In this document: in pieces, positions 26,511 through 40,559 of the stretch
Layout of the letters: each line of letters begins with the position of its first letter
How positions within the stretch are numbered: position 1 is the first letter of the stretch
Source of the DNA: the human T2T-CHM13v2.0 reference genome, Homo sapiens
NCBI GenBank assembly: GCA_009914755.4
Contig: CP068257.2
Coordinates: 36,416,001 to 36,480,000, forward strand
Direction of reading: 5' to 3'
Length of the DNA: 64,000 bases
Made by a program: the position numbers and the translations under genes
Notes under the pieces: model-generated
Told to the model about the DNA's origin: nothing
What the model saw: only the letters and a program-made list of their open reading frames with translations
The model's database searches: none

Positions 26511-26944
26511 ATAAACAACTCTTCTACAGCTCCTTTTCTTCTAGTAAAGTGAAGTACACTTTCATAGCCTTCTAGCTCCTCCTTGATTCTTCTAGCAAAT
26601 ATGGCATCTATAAAGTAATCCAGATGCAAGACTTGTCAGTGCACTTCTAACCTTTGGGTTCACAAACACTGAATTAAGTTGTTTTTTTGCCACTCCACTA
26701 AAAAAAGACATTAAAAAAGTGCTGCCATTCCTTCATTTAATTTTCATGGAAGATTCACTGAAATGATCTAATTTCTTTGTCTGTATTTTGACTATAAAGC
26801 TAATACATGGCTTTATTCTTCTTTATTTGTTGATGATTCAAATCTACTATACTTCTACAATTAAAACTGGTCTGGAACTCTAAAATCGAAATTCAGGATT
26901 ACAGTTTATGCAGCTAAAAATTGCAAAGCCAACTTGAGATCACA

Positions 26945-28285
26945 CGGTGGTGGTGATTGGGGTAATGGTGGAGTGATGTGGTGATCATAGCAGTAGTGGG
27001 ATGGTGGTAGAGATGGTATGATGGCAGTATGGTGGTGGCAGGAAGATGCTCATGGAGGTGACAGTAACCATGATGGTGGAAATGGAGCAGGAGGTAAAAG
27101 TTGTGATGGAGGTAGGGGTGGGGGCTGTGATGGTAATGGTAATAGTGATGGTGATGGTGGTGGTGATGGTTGGTGGTGGTGATGGTGGTGATATTGGGGA
27201 TGATAGTGATGGTGGTGGTGGTGATGACGATGATGGTAGTCATAATGGTGATGATAGTGATGGTGGTGGTGGTGGTGATATGGTGATGGTGATGATAGTG
27301 GTGGTAATGGTGGTGGTGGTGGTATGGTAGTGATAGTGGTGATGACAGTGATGGTGGTGATGTTGGTGGTTGTAGTGGTGATGGTGATAATGGTGGTGGT
27401 GGTGATGATGGTAGTGATAATGGTTGTAGTGGTGATGGTAGTGATAGTGATGGTGGTGGTGGTTATAGTGGTAATGGTGGTGGTGATGATAGCGATGATA
27501 GTGGTGATAGTAATGATGGTGGCGGTGATGGTGGTGGTGATAGTGATGGTGTTGGTGGTGGTGGTGATGGTGGTGGTGGTGACAGTAATGGTGATGACTG
27601 TGATGGTACTGGTGTTGGTGATGGCTGTGATGATAGTGATGGTATTGGTGTTGGTGGTGATGGTGGTGGTGATGGTGTTGGCTGTGATTGTGTGGTGGTG
27701 ATGTTGATGGTGGTGGTGATGGTGTTGGCGGTGTTGGTGTTGGTGGTGATGGTGTTGTTGGTGATGGTGGTGGTGATAGTGTTGGTGTTGTTGGTGGTGG
27801 TGATGGTGGTGGTGGTGATAGTAATGGTGGTGGCTATGATAGTATTGTTGGTGTTGCTGATGGTGGTGATGATAGTGATGGTGTTGGTGTTGGTGGTTGA
27901 TGGATAGTGGTGGTGATAGTGATGGTGGTGGTGGTGATGGTGTTGGCTGTGATTGTGTGGTGGTGATGTTGATGGTAGTGGTGATGGTGGTGGTGTTGGT
28001 GGTGGTGGTGATGTTGGTGGTGATAGTGATGGTGATGGTGGTGGTGGTGGTGATGGTGGTTGTGGTGATAGCGACGATGGTGGTTGTCATGGTATTGGTG
28101 GTGGTGGTGGTGATGGTGGTGGTGATAGTGATGGTGGTGGTGGTGATGGTGTTGCCTGTGATGCTGTGGTAGTGATGATCATGGTGGTGGTGGTGGTGGT
28201 GCTAATGGTGATGGTGGTGATGGAGGTAATGGGAGTGGCAGCATTGGAGGTGTTGAGGAGGCTGGTGGTGGGAGGGGAATGGTTG
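26945..28285. repeat. ~1.3-kb GGT/GAT-rich minisatellite: imperfect (GGTGGTGAT)n / (GGTGATGGT)n 9-12-bp periodicity with GTT, AGT and GGC variants
   Basis: ggtggtggtgatggttggtggtggtgatggtggtgatattggggatgatagtgatggtggtggtggtgatgacgatgatggtag... continues for about 1340 bp. The + strand is almost entirely G and T (A mostly within GAT). Confidence 0.95.
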
Positions 28286-29410
28286 TGACACAGCCTCTGG
28301 ACAAGGCACATAGTAAGGAGGGATTCATCCCTCAAATTCCTCTCAATGCCTGCATACACCTACTGGAATTTGGGACAGTGAAGCAGGGAGTGTGGGACAG
28401 ATGCTGCTCTGTTGGCCTGGTCCTACCGATTCAAAACAGAATATGAACTCACCATTGCCTCCTGAACCACACAGAGCCCACTGACTATTATTTAGGGGCC
28501 TTGCCTAGAGGCCCCACTGAGGTAATCCAGAAAGGGGCAAGTATGTTTTCATCACAAATGCCAAGACAGCACCAGGCTGGCTGCTCTCCTGGAGTCCAGG
28601 ATCAAGCTGCAGTGGCTCCCACGGCAGCAGGCATGTGCTGCAAGCCAGATTGGAAGCAGTTTTGCTAAGGTTCTTCCTTATTAAAACAAGCTCTGTTCTG
28701 CACTAGCTGCTGGCTGTGAGTTCAGAGGGCATGGGTTTATGGTGGTGCCAGTAGTGCCTATTTGCAGCGGTTCCAAGCAGCCATTTGACCAGACTCCCCC
28801 AGCAACCTTTTCAATCTCACCAATTCTTGTTTTTCTTGGGGTTCTCAGCTCATGTACTAAAGGCGTATGGCAAATGCCCTCTATACATACATTCCATACA
28901 TGAAATGTGGGAGTTTTAGGGGGAATTTAAGCAACACCCCTCTGATGTCATTTCTGAGGTATTTGAATGGAGAGAGCAGGGCACGCAGGGATGAAAATAC
29001 GAGTTTATCCCTGATAAGTGCTGGCTTGGAGGACACAACTTAGGTGGGCAGTCAGATGGGCTGGGTGCTTCCTTCTCCCCCAACTCTCCTCTCCCCAGCT
29101 GTCTAGCCCTTGGCACACTTACTCCAGGCTTGTGTCTCCCTAACAGATTCACTTACCCTGGTTGCTGGCATGCCTGGCCATTGGAAGAAAGGGAAATTTC
29201 TTCCTTTTTTTTTTTACATTCTTTCCCTCAACAAACTTTATTGAGCACCTAGTAACTGCCAAGCCTGGACAAGACAGAAAATAATTTTGTTTTTCTGATA
29301 CTTATGTTTCAGCGGAGACACAAGTACTCTTTGTTTGATTGCCTTTTGCTGAATGTGCCCAGTTGAAACTCACTTTTTAACCTGTGAGGAGAGTGATAAA
29401 AGGACATACT

Positions 29411-29735
<325 letters not shown>

Positions 29736-30837
29736 CTAGTCATTCAGAGAGGTCAAATGCAGTCCTCTTTGGGAAGTGACTGGATGTGCAGAGAAAGTCA
29801 GAGGGAGGTCTCGCCGCCTCTCAGGCTGCTTCGAAGGATCTCAGTCTGTGGACCAATGGGCTTTTCTGCATTCGGCTGCCATGGCTTGTGGCACATTCAG
29901 CAGGATTGGTTTCTGACCTCCCATCAGGCTGGGAGCACCCCACCGTGTATGTAGCTCAATACCGAGAGATTTGTAAAGGTTTTTATTGAATGACTCTAAG
30001 GTTCTAAGCCTGGGTAACTTGGGTTATAACAGCATTCATAAATGGAAATAGAGATATTCGAAAGACACTTTTTTTTTTGAGGGAGAAACTGCTGAGCGCA
30101 GGTTTAGACTTCGTGAGATGTTTAGAGGACAGCATATTATTTTTTGCATGGCTGGATTTAATGGCTGTTTTGCATCCCTTTGCAGGGTTGAGATAGCAGA
30201 GGACTCTCAGAAACCCTCACACCCAGCATTAAGAGGCACACACTAGATCAGTTTGCAGATACAAATCTTTGTGGCTCTATACTTTCTTTAAAATCAATTC
30301 CCAGTATTTTAAATTCCTCATTATTCCTCTATCATGTGTTAGACAAATATGATATCCACAGATCTACAAATGGCTATAACTATGCTGTCACTGCAGGGAT
30401 GTCTTGCTCTCTGAACTGTCGTCAGGAAGCTTATAAATAAATACGGGACACATGAAGCTAATTTGATACCAACAGCAATAATATAAACTCTGACTAAGGG
30501 AAAATTGGAAAGTGTTGCTGATCTAACAGCACAAAGAGGCATTAGGAACGTGCGTCTGCATGTACCTCACTCCCAGGCTTGGGCTCTTTCCCATAACATT
30601 TGGAGGCTGTGATTTCACCTACCAAATACCTATTTACATGCTTAGCCTTTGGATCATATAATTCACATCTCTGAGAAAATGATGTTTTGTTACCTAAATG
30701 TTTCACTGCTAAATGAGATCAGCTGAAGAGTATGTTATTATTGGCTTCAAACTATGAGTTGGAAATGTCCACACACTTGCACCTTGCTTTGGTGCTATTA
30801 TTTGTTTTTGATTTTGTTTTGTTTTATGTTTTTGATG

Positions 30838-31205
30838 GGAGAGTGCGGGGCGTGATGATCATGGCTCACTGTAGCCTCCACCTCCTGGGCTCAAGCCATC
30901 CTCCTGTCTCAGCACTCTTAGGACTGACTACAAGTGCACACCACTGCACCCAGCAACTGTTTTTTTGGTAGTTACAGGGTCTAGCTATGTTGCCCAGCCT
31001 GGTCTCAAACTCTTAGACTCAAGCAATCCTCCCACCTGAGCCTCCTGGGTAGCTGGGACTACAGGCACTCACCACCACGCTCGATTAATTTTTATATTAT
31101 TTGTAGAGATGGGGTTTCACCATATTGCCTAGGCTGGTCTCAAATTCCTAGGCTCAAGCGGTCTGAATGCTTCAGCCTCCCAAAGTGCTGGGATTACAGG
31201 ACTGA
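30838..31205 (-). mobile_element. Alu SINE (antisense), about 370 bp with an apparent internal duplication or rearrangement
   Basis: gggagagtgcggggcgtgatgatcatggctcactgtagcctccacctcctgggctcaagccatcctcctgtctcagc...gggtctagctatgttgcccagcctggtctcaaactcttagactcaagcaatcctcccacctgagcctcctgggtagctgggactacaggcactcaccaccacgc...ttgtagagatggggtttcaccatattgcctaggctggtctcaaattcctaggctcaagcggtc...cctcccaaagtgctgggattacagg. The 5' poly-T side lies at ~30790-30837. Confidence 0.85.
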
Positions 31206-31847
31206 GACTTCATGACTGTCCAGCGCTGTTATTTAAAATACAAACTGAGTTCTCTACAAGGTGGAAGTTTTAATAAGTGATGCACCTTGTCAGAGTAAAA
31301 GCTTTCAGTGGGGGAAAATGTGCTTTAATTTAGTTCATCTAAATTTCTCCACACTCTCAGCACAGCGATTATCTTGCCTTCTATATCACCCTGACACATA
31401 CTATTAACCTATCAAACAGCAGAAGGCTGAGCACCACCAGGCTCCAATCTATACAGATAGTTGGGCCAATTCAGGTCAAAATTTTATTGGTTTTGGCCTA
31501 AAAGCTGCTGGAAAAACTTGTAAAATGAAGAGAAGTTACAATGTGATTTTAAAGCGGATTTCAAAGATGAGAACAGGATAATATCAGTTTCTGGCTGCAA
31601 AGTTTTCTTCTGTTAAAAACCTATAAGTTAAATAGGCACACAAATATATTTCTATGCTCTTTAAACTACTGGGTATAAAGTGATCACAATTTTAAGTTGC
31701 ATAAAAGGACTGCAAATATTAAAACACTTGACTACAATAAGGTTCCTTTTGGGCCTTAGGTAAGTAATGTTTTCTGGTGTTGTTCCAGAAAGCATAATAA
31801 ATAAAATAAAATTATCCTTTGATCATACCAAGGGGTTTGTGACAGTG

Positions 31848-32222
31848 TGTATTAGCCTGTTTTCACACTGCTATAAAGAACTACCTGAGACTGGGTAATT
31901 TATAAAGAAAAGAGGTTTAATTGACTCATAGTTCTGCATGGCCAGGGAGGCCTCAGGAAACTTACAATCATGGCAGAAGGTGAAGGGGAGGCAAGGCACG
32001 TCTTACATGGTGTCAGGAGAGAGAGCAAGGTGGGGGAACTGTCACACACTTTTAAACCATCAGATCTCCTGGGAACTCATTCACTATCATGAGAACGGCA
32101 TGGGGGTAACCATCCCTATGACCCAGTCACCTCCCACCAGGTCCCTCCCCGACACATGGGGATTACAATTCAACATGAGATTTGGGTGGGGACACAGAGC
32201 CAAACCATATCACAGTGATACC
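31848..32222 (-). mobile_element. MaLR solo LTR, THE1/MST family, near full length
   Basis: tgtattagcctgttttcacactgctataaagaactacctgagactgggtaatttataaagaaaagaggtttaattgactcatagttctgcatggccagggaggcctcaggaaacttacaatcatggcagaaggtgaagggg...ggggattacaattcaacatgagatttgggtggggacacagagccaaaccatatca. Confidence 0.9.
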
Positions 32223-34434
32223 ACAATAAGATATCCATAAGTGTCAGTTTCTTAAGGCAGTTTTCCAAAGTACCCCACATCGGATAGTTGAAATATCTGA
32301 GATGTATTGTCCCACAGCTCGGAAGGCTGGAAGTCCTAGATGAAGGTGTTGGCAGGGTTGGTTCCTTTTGAGGCTGTGAGTGGGGATCTGCTCCAGGGTC
32401 CCCTCCAGCTTCTGGGGGTTCCTTGGCTTGTAGCAACATCACTCCAATCTCTGCCTTGTCATCACATGGCCTCTTCCCTGTATGTTCGTCTGGGCCCAAA
32501 TGTCCCATTTTCATAAGGACACCAGTCACACTGGATTAAGGGCCTATCCTACTCCAGTAGAACCTCATCTTACCTAAGTTACATCTTCAGTGACCCTCTT
32601 TTCAAATAAGGTTATTTTCTGGGCATTGGGACTTTAACAAATGAATTTTGGGGGAATCTGATATAACCGATCCTACCCCCCACAGTGATGCTTGGGCACC
32701 TCAGGGAGCACCCCCCTCTCAGCCCTGCATCCCAGTCCCTCATCCCACCTCCTGCTCCTGGCTTTATTGTGCCTTGTTCCATCTCACGGCCTCACCCGCA
32801 CACCGCCATTTTGGTTGGGCTGTCTGCTTTGTCCCTGAACGCTACCTTCTAATCTTCCCTTGACTCCTCTCCTGCTCAGAGCCCAGGCTGCCTAAATCCC
32901 AGACCAGGGATCGGACTCTGAGGAGCCCCCATTTATTCAGTAAGGGAGTGTCTCTGTCCCCTTAATAAACTGTTATCCTGCTTCTTGACTCATGGAGGAA
33001 CAGCAAGTCCTGAAGAAAGATGCAGGAACAAGGGACCCAGAAACCCAGCCAGGTGGGCTTACGGCATCTGGGAAACTGTGTTTTGGAACAAGATTTGGGG
33101 CCTATTTGTGAGCACATTGTCCTAAAGGCATTTTTGAGCCCAGGATAGGTAAGGAAATGGAATTCTCTGCTGAGATCACTATTAATATCTTACACCACCT
33201 AGAAAAAAATGGTGTCTAAAATATCCAACCTGTCAGACAAGGAGCTTTGATTGAAGATGCAATCACACAGCCAAGCCAATGCCAGCTGACAAAAGGAGTT
33301 TCTGGGGTGGGAAATGGGTGGGATGTGTCCAGGGATTTAAAACCCAATCCTTGCAGGTTTAAACGAAGTATGATTTTTGACAGGAGGTTCTCAGTGGAGT
33401 CTTGTATTTTTCTACAATTTTTGATTAGGGCCTCATGGACTGGAATCTACCTATTCTCTGTCTGGAGTCATAGGGTGCTAGTGGGTAAGTGTGATGTTTT
33501 CATAGGTAGCAGTTCTATAAGGTCTCCTGTACAGTCATCTGTGGTATTTTCAAATGTTTACCTCTGCTCTATAAAGAATTTGGGTCACTTTTGACTATGT
33601 AAGACTTTGGTCTGAATTATTTAGACTACCACCCCTACTGCAGTAGTATTTTAGAATTCCTTCTACAACTTCAGTGGCTATGACATTTACTAATCTTGGC
33701 ATATGATTTCTGAGGAAGGGTTGCTTAAAATAAATACCTAGGCGCCCAGATACAGAATTTAGCTATGGTGAAATCTCAACTGTTCAGTGTCTCCTGAAAA
33801 TCAGTGATATCTTCTGGATGACCAAATTGACCAAACACTTGAAGGCTAAACTTATTCTTCCCCAGAACATTAAAATCTAAGTTTCACTTGTATCGTATTT
33901 TGTTTTTGCTGGAAGTGTGGGCTTTCTTTTAAAATAGCTGACATCAATCAATCAAACCAGTTTCTTAATAGTTTATCATGGTCCCCGGGCACTCCAGTTA
34001 TTTTGTCATGTTTCCTTGTGGCTCCGGTTGTATTAACAGATGCAAACTTGCATGTAGAAGGTGTGAGGGCACAGAGCATGTTGCACATCTGTATAGAGCT
34101 TGCTTTCATGGGAATCTGTTGATATTAATTTCAGATCATTTTTCTTCTCATCAAGATGAAGTGAGGCACACAAAGGCCACTTGGTTGAGGTCATTCCCCA
34201 GCCTCTCTGCAGACTTAGAGAATCAAGCCCTGAGTCCATCTTCCACGGAGTGTTTTTCTTACCTTCCTAAAAGAGACTCATCTTCTGATTAGCCCAGTTA
34301 CCTTTGGTATCTTGGACCCATCTATGGCTTGGATCTACTTTCCCATCTCTAGTTCTTTATGAAAGGTTCACGAGGATTTTTTTCTCCCTTCTACAGTAAT
34401 TTGTGCTAGGAGAGGGTACAGACTGACTCTAGAT

Positions 34435-34672
34435 CAGGGGTTCTCACTGGGGGTGATTTTATCCTCTTCCTTGGGGATATTGAGCAATGTCTGGAGACAT
34501 TTTGATTGTCATGATGAGGGGGTGAGGTGCTAACCCTAACCCTAACCCACCTAGGGAGTGAGTGGAGGTCCAGGATGCTGCTCAACATCCTACAATGCAC
34601 AAGACAGGCCCCCACAACAAAGCATTATCCAGTTCAAAGTGTCAAGAGAGTTGCACTTGAGAAACCTTATTC
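34435..34672 (+). mobile_element. Nonautonomous hAT-type DNA transposon (MER-class MITE with caggggttctcaac... / ...gttgagaaaccctg termini)
   Basis: caggggttctcactgggggtgattttatcctcttccttggggatattgagcaatgtctggagacattttgattgtcatgatgagggggtgaggtgctaaccctaaccctaacccacctagggagtgagtggaggtccaggatgctgctcaacatcctacaatgcacaagacaggcccccacaacaaagcattatccagttcaaagtgtcaagagagttgcacttgagaaacctt matches the remembered consensus (caggggttctcaactggggg...gacatttggcaatgtctggagacatttttggttgtcacaactggggg...ccagggatgctgctaaacatcctacaatgcacaggacagcccccacaacaaagaattatccggcccaaaatgtcaatagtgccgaggttgagaaaccctg). Confidence 0.6.
34531..34548. repeat. Three tandem telomere-type hexamers (TAACCC)3, embedded inside the hAT element
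   Basis: gctaaccctaaccctaacccacc. Confidence 0.9.
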
Positions 34673-35082
34673 TAAAGAAAATAACACTTTGGCAACATAA
34701 ACTGAGCTACAATCTCTTTCAACCTCTCTTTATCTGTGATAATTCAGAGTATTAACCTCTGTTAGCAATTGCATCTTAATATTAAAGTTCCTATAAAATG
34801 CCTCCCTGATGGATAAACCTTTTCATATAGTTTCTTCTCTAACACACGCTTCGTAAAGCATGATAATCCATAGGTTGAATCTAGTAAAGGCAGGAAGTGA
34901 AGGTAGGATGCCAGTTAAAATAAATACATGCAATGTTAACTCTGCAACTGGAAGGAGAACTCAGATACTGTCTTGCGCTGGTTGAGACAACTTTTTTCAG
35001 GTGTCAGGCTGGTATCTGCATTAGTTTCCCAGGGTTGCTGTAAACATGGACACAACTTGAGCAGCCTAAAAACAATAGAAAG

Positions 35083-35400
<318 letters not shown>

Positions 35401-36597
35401 ATAGAAATGTACTCTCTCACACTTCTGGAGGCCAGAAGTAAAAAATTCAAGGGGTCATCAGGGCCATACTCCCTCTGAATGCTCTAGGGAGAGTCCTTTC
35501 TTGCCTCTTCAGCTGCTGGTGTTGCCAGCCATCCTGGGCATTCATCAGCTTGTTGTTGCATCACTCCAGCCTCTGCCTGCGTTACTATTTGGACTTCTTC
35601 CCTGTGCATTTCCAAATCTCTCTCTTGTAAGTCATTGGATTTAGGACTCATTCTCATTTAGTCTGACATCATCATACTGTATCTGCAAAGGCCATATTTC
35701 CAAATAAGTTCACATTTATAGGTACTCCATGGAGATTAGAACTTGGACATATCTTTCTGGGTGACACCATTCCACCCACAGCAGTCAGTAGCCAGGATGT
35801 ATGAGGCACTTTACTTCCCCACACCACAGAAGTCCTTTTGTCCCTGTCAATCACGCACCGTCTGTCTCTGGCAGTGGCAATATTGTTGCTGAGTCAGATT
35901 GCTGGTGGCAGGGTTGTCATTTGCTTGTCTTCATCATGTATTTCAGCCTCCTGTGTCTTTTCCTCCTCTTTCTTCTTTATTTTCCCATCAATTCTCCTTG
36001 TCTGCCTGATTTTACCACCAGAAGCTAATCATGATGCACTTTCCTTTATGATAAAGATGCTCACCCCATTCACTGAGCATGGGATCCGACTCTTTGGATC
36101 TTCTTGGTGGTATTCATTTGCTGCCCATTGCCTGGGAGCACCTGGTAATTGCAGAAGATATTTTCCTCTAAGTGCTTAAATGCTGGCAGTCCTTAGGGGA
36201 ATCTGAGGCTTCCATAAAACTGGACTTCAGATGACAAAGCCATGCTACATTAATAGCTCTAGAGATCTGCAGTTGGGATGGCTTATCTTTCAGATGCCAT
36301 CATTTTGGCTTTTAATTTGTTTGCGAACAATATCCTTTGGGGAGCTGCATCCTTCAACGTCTGCCTGCATTATCACATGGGCTTCTTCCCTGTGTGTCTC
36401 CAGATCTCCCTCTCATAATTCATCGGATTTAGGGCTCACCCTAATTTAGTTTGACCTCATTTTGATTATATCTGCAAAAGCCATGTCTTTTACCTGAGGG
36501 TAACAGATAGTAAGAACTTGTGGGCATCACCTAAGAGCAGGGAGTGAAAAAACCAACTGAGGAAAGAAAAATGCAGGGCCCAAAAACCTTTTTAAAA

Positions 36598-36893
<296 letters not shown>

Positions 36894-37529
36894 GAAACCT
36901 TTTAATTAAACAATGTAGTCGAGGTCTGTGGGAAGAGGCAGAAGGGATAGGATTGTCCCCACCCTCTGTCAATGTTCAACAGCCTGAAACCCCCATCTTG
37001 TTGTAACCCTGATGTTGCTGTGTCACTGCTCAAGCAGAAATACAGAATGTCAATACCAGAGCAAAGATGGACTCTTGAGCTGTGTTCTATTGGTGGAACC
37101 AAGGGCTTTAGTTGGAGCTACGAAAGCAGCATAAGTATACAGAGGAGTCTAGACAGTAAGCCTGGGCAAGCCAGGCAATGACTGGCAGAAAGACAATTAT
37201 TATTCCTGCCGTGTGTGCAAGTGCGTGTTTGGAGGGGAAAGATGAGGTCTGATTGTCTTCAGGCTTTCCACCAGATTAGTGTTTCCCATGAAACCTGGAG
37301 GTTCATGGACGTGGTCTTTTGGGGGATGGTTCCCTGGGTCTTTTTTTGCCCTTGTAAAATATTGACAGGTAAGTTTTCAACAAGAATGCTGCTGTCGTCT
37401 ATCTTGTTTAAGATTGCCACCTTCCTCTGCCTCTGAAATCTCCATACCACTTCTGTGCTTTATTTTCCTCCTAAACATAATCATTTTCAAATATACTATA
37501 TATCTACTCATGAATCTTGTTGATTACTT

Positions 37530-37650
37530 CCTTCTCCTTAGGACGTGAGCTCCACAAGGGCAGAGGGTCTTGTCTGTTCCATTCACTGCTGTGTCTTCCG
37601 TAAATGAGACACATGGCCCCTGGGCCATCCTGGCTTCCTCATCCTTCAAC
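37530..37650 (+). mobile_element. MIR-like SINE fragment
   Basis: ...ttaggacgtgagctccacaagggcagagggtcttgtctgttccattcactgctgtgtcttccgtaaatgagacacatggcccc... compares with the MIR-type core ...gtaagctccatgagggcagggactttgtctgt...cactgctgtatcccc... Confidence 0.35.
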
Positions 37651-40559
37651 CCTTCAACCTGCACATACTTGTTATTATGTGGGGTGTGATTTTACTAGAG
37701 GGAACCATTCGATGTTGCACATATAAGGGATTTGTAAAATGGGAATAGCAATAGTATTGAGCCGATGTGGCTGTCGTAAATGAGTACCTGTAAACAACAG
37801 CAACAACAACAAAAAAAACCCAGAAGCAGCCTGACCTAGAATGAGTGCTTGGCAGTGTCAGCCCACTCACCAAGACCCTCTGATGGTGCTTGCTCAAGCC
37901 CTGGTGCTCTGCTGCTGAAAGGAATCCATATGTTTGGGTTTCCACCAAGCTGAAATCTTAATTAGCATAATATGTAAAATCGTGTCAGTGTTCAGTTTTT
38001 GCTCCCTTCCCCCGCCCCCCGTTTATATTTCCTTAACTTTTGGTACTTGGTCATTGCTTCTCTGTTAGGGAAACTACTAATAGGAGGGAAAAAATGCTAA
38101 AAATCTTTCAGGGAAGGGGGAATGATCATGCTTAGTTCAACAACTTGCATTTTTAAAGATTTATGCATACATCTGGTTTTGTTTTCTTTAAAATTATCCT
38201 TGGCTTTATAAATGCCTATACTCAATCCAATTGAATATATCAATGTTTCCTGGTCTTCCATAATTGCATCATGACCCCAAACACTTAGTCCACTCACTAA
38301 TTTAATTGTTTATGTCTGGCCATCCAGGCAGACCCATGCCCTTGGTATGTGAGCATGCTTATGCATAAGGTTAGCACTAACAGGCGTTAGATGCTTTCAG
38401 CTTTGCTATATGTTGTAAAACTAATGATGATTTGCAGAAATGAGTAGGAATATACAATTACTTTATGGTCAAAAATTTGAAAAAATACTTGTTTTGGCTT
38501 TCACTGACACTATGTAATTGGAAAAAAAAGGTGATTTAAGAAGAAAATTGATTTACACAAATGTTTTATTAAGGCCTTTGATTTCCATGCAGAAGGGATA
38601 TTGATATATTACTTATTTTTTAATTGCCAAATCCTTAGTGAACATTAAATGACACAAAAAAGGATTGTGGCAAATTGGATCTGGAAACAAGAGTTGTTGC
38701 TCTTTTAAGACCAAAGGTTGACTGAGCCATAACTTGCCAAGGTGTTTGGAGCAAAGTAGATGTTTATTCAATTATTTAACTCAATAAATAATTATGTGCT
38801 AGTTTTGTTCCTGGCATATTGTGTACACATGGCTGTTTGCCATCCAAGAGGGTATATAGTACATTTGGGAGTTATTATCATGTAGGTCGAGTTGGAAATG
38901 TAAAGCGAATGAACATGTCTTGGGAGATAATGTAGAATGAAGAGAAGACACCACTGTCTTTGGATGGGCAGACCAGCTCACAAAGAAGATGGAGGAAATG
39001 ATGGAAAATGACAACAGGAGAAAGTGTGGTCTTATAGACCAAGGGAAGAGGGAGTTCACAAAGGAAGAAACAGTCAGAAGCATCACATGCCACAGTGAGG
39101 GTCAAGTGAGAGTCAGTTGCTATATTGCTATATTTGTTGCTTTGGAATAAGGAGGGCTGAGTAAGCTATAATGAGTTATTTGGGCTGAAGATGCCAAACT
39201 TGAGGTCAGTGGTTGGAAAAAGGAATAAAACTCTGTGTCTCATCTGAGTGGCCAAATGTGCCTTTGCCATGGCAGCACCTCCTGCTCCCTCACCTCTCTG
39301 TTATGCAGCCAAAATATAATTAAGTGTATGATTGAGATATGCTCTTTTTTCCTTCTGAGCACAGGATTTCTCAACCATGGCACAGTTGACATTCGAGACC
39401 CAATATTTCTTTGTGGTAGGGTATGCCCTGTGCATTGTAGGAGGTTTAGCTGCATCCCTAGTCTTTGGGGGCCAGGACCACCAAACTACTGCCCCAAAGT
39501 TGTGACATCCAAAAATTTCTTCCAGCAGTGCCAAATGTCCCCTGGGGGTCAAAACTGCCCCAGGCAAGAGTCATTGTTCTAGATATGTAGCCAGGGAGCT
39601 CAAGCTGCTTATTTTGAAATGCTCATCAGGATAGAGGTGCGGAACAAGCAGATTTTAGATGGAAACTGTCTCAGCCAGAAACCTGGCTAAGAAAAGGTGC
39701 GTATGGTGATGAAAACCAAATAACCAAGTAACTCAGACCTTAATTATTTAAGCAAAGTTTATCTCCCCTGAAGCAATGAAGGAATTGTCTCTAGAAGGTC
39801 AACACAAGACTGTAAAAGTCAATAATAAAAGATTGCTCCTAGTCACATACACACACCTTCATAAACTAAACATGAGGAAGCAAGATTGGCTAATGGTGAT
39901 GGCGGTTTGTTGTGGGCATGTGGTTAGCAGGACCCTCCACCTCTCTGACCATAACGCCCTTTGGTCTTCAGTAGTTGATGACAATACCAGCTCAGAGTCA
40001 TATAATTTGTTCTCTACCTCATCTCTGCCTTCCACAGAGCAAAAATTCAGGTGGTCCTAGTTTTAAAGGTAGAGTAATATTTTCCCCCTTTCTCCCTTTT
40101 GTTCTCCACTTGGTTTGTTTTTCTGCTTTCTAGAATCTGGAGGACATTCCTGGCCCTTAGCAGACTTATTTTCCCCTTTTCTTTTGCTTAATCTAATAAG
40201 GCAATAGCATGTACAAACCATCCAGCGAGAATTTTCCTCTCCTACAGAGTGTGCGGCTGTGACTCAGGATTTGGTGTGTGGTTCACTTAGCCAGTCAACA
40301 AACAATGGCTGCAACTCTGTTAGCACTGTGCTCTCACAGGTGAGACAGGTCCATGCTCTAGACAAAACAGTTGGCTGCCATTTTTCATTTGAACAAGTTT
40401 TGTTCAACTTGGGGGTAGAGATAATAAACAAGTCAAATGTAAATTTGAAAGACAAAATAAATACAAATTATAATCATTGGCAGAAAAAAAGTGAAGTCCT
40501 GTGATGGGTTTGAGATTATCCTAGATTATTTTAGTGGGTCCAATCTAAACACACAATCC

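Noticed and set aside
27050-28090. 346-aa ORF on the - strand (Thr/Ile/His/Gln-rich), plus overlapping + strand Val/Met- and Gly/Asp-rich ORFs
   Set aside because: These are stop-free readings of the (GGTGGTGAT)n minisatellite. ACC, ATC, CAC and CAT contain no stop codons. There is no start context, no splice signal and no complexity. The ORF is a repeat artefact, not a gene.
34531-34548. (TAACCC)3 telomere-like hexamers, considered as an interstitial telomere or fusion relic
   Set aside because: Only three units, and they sit inside a recognisable hAT MITE where the family consensus already has a G/C-rich stretch (the reverse complement reads TTAGGG). This is a chance or mini-expansion within a transposon, not a telomeric site.
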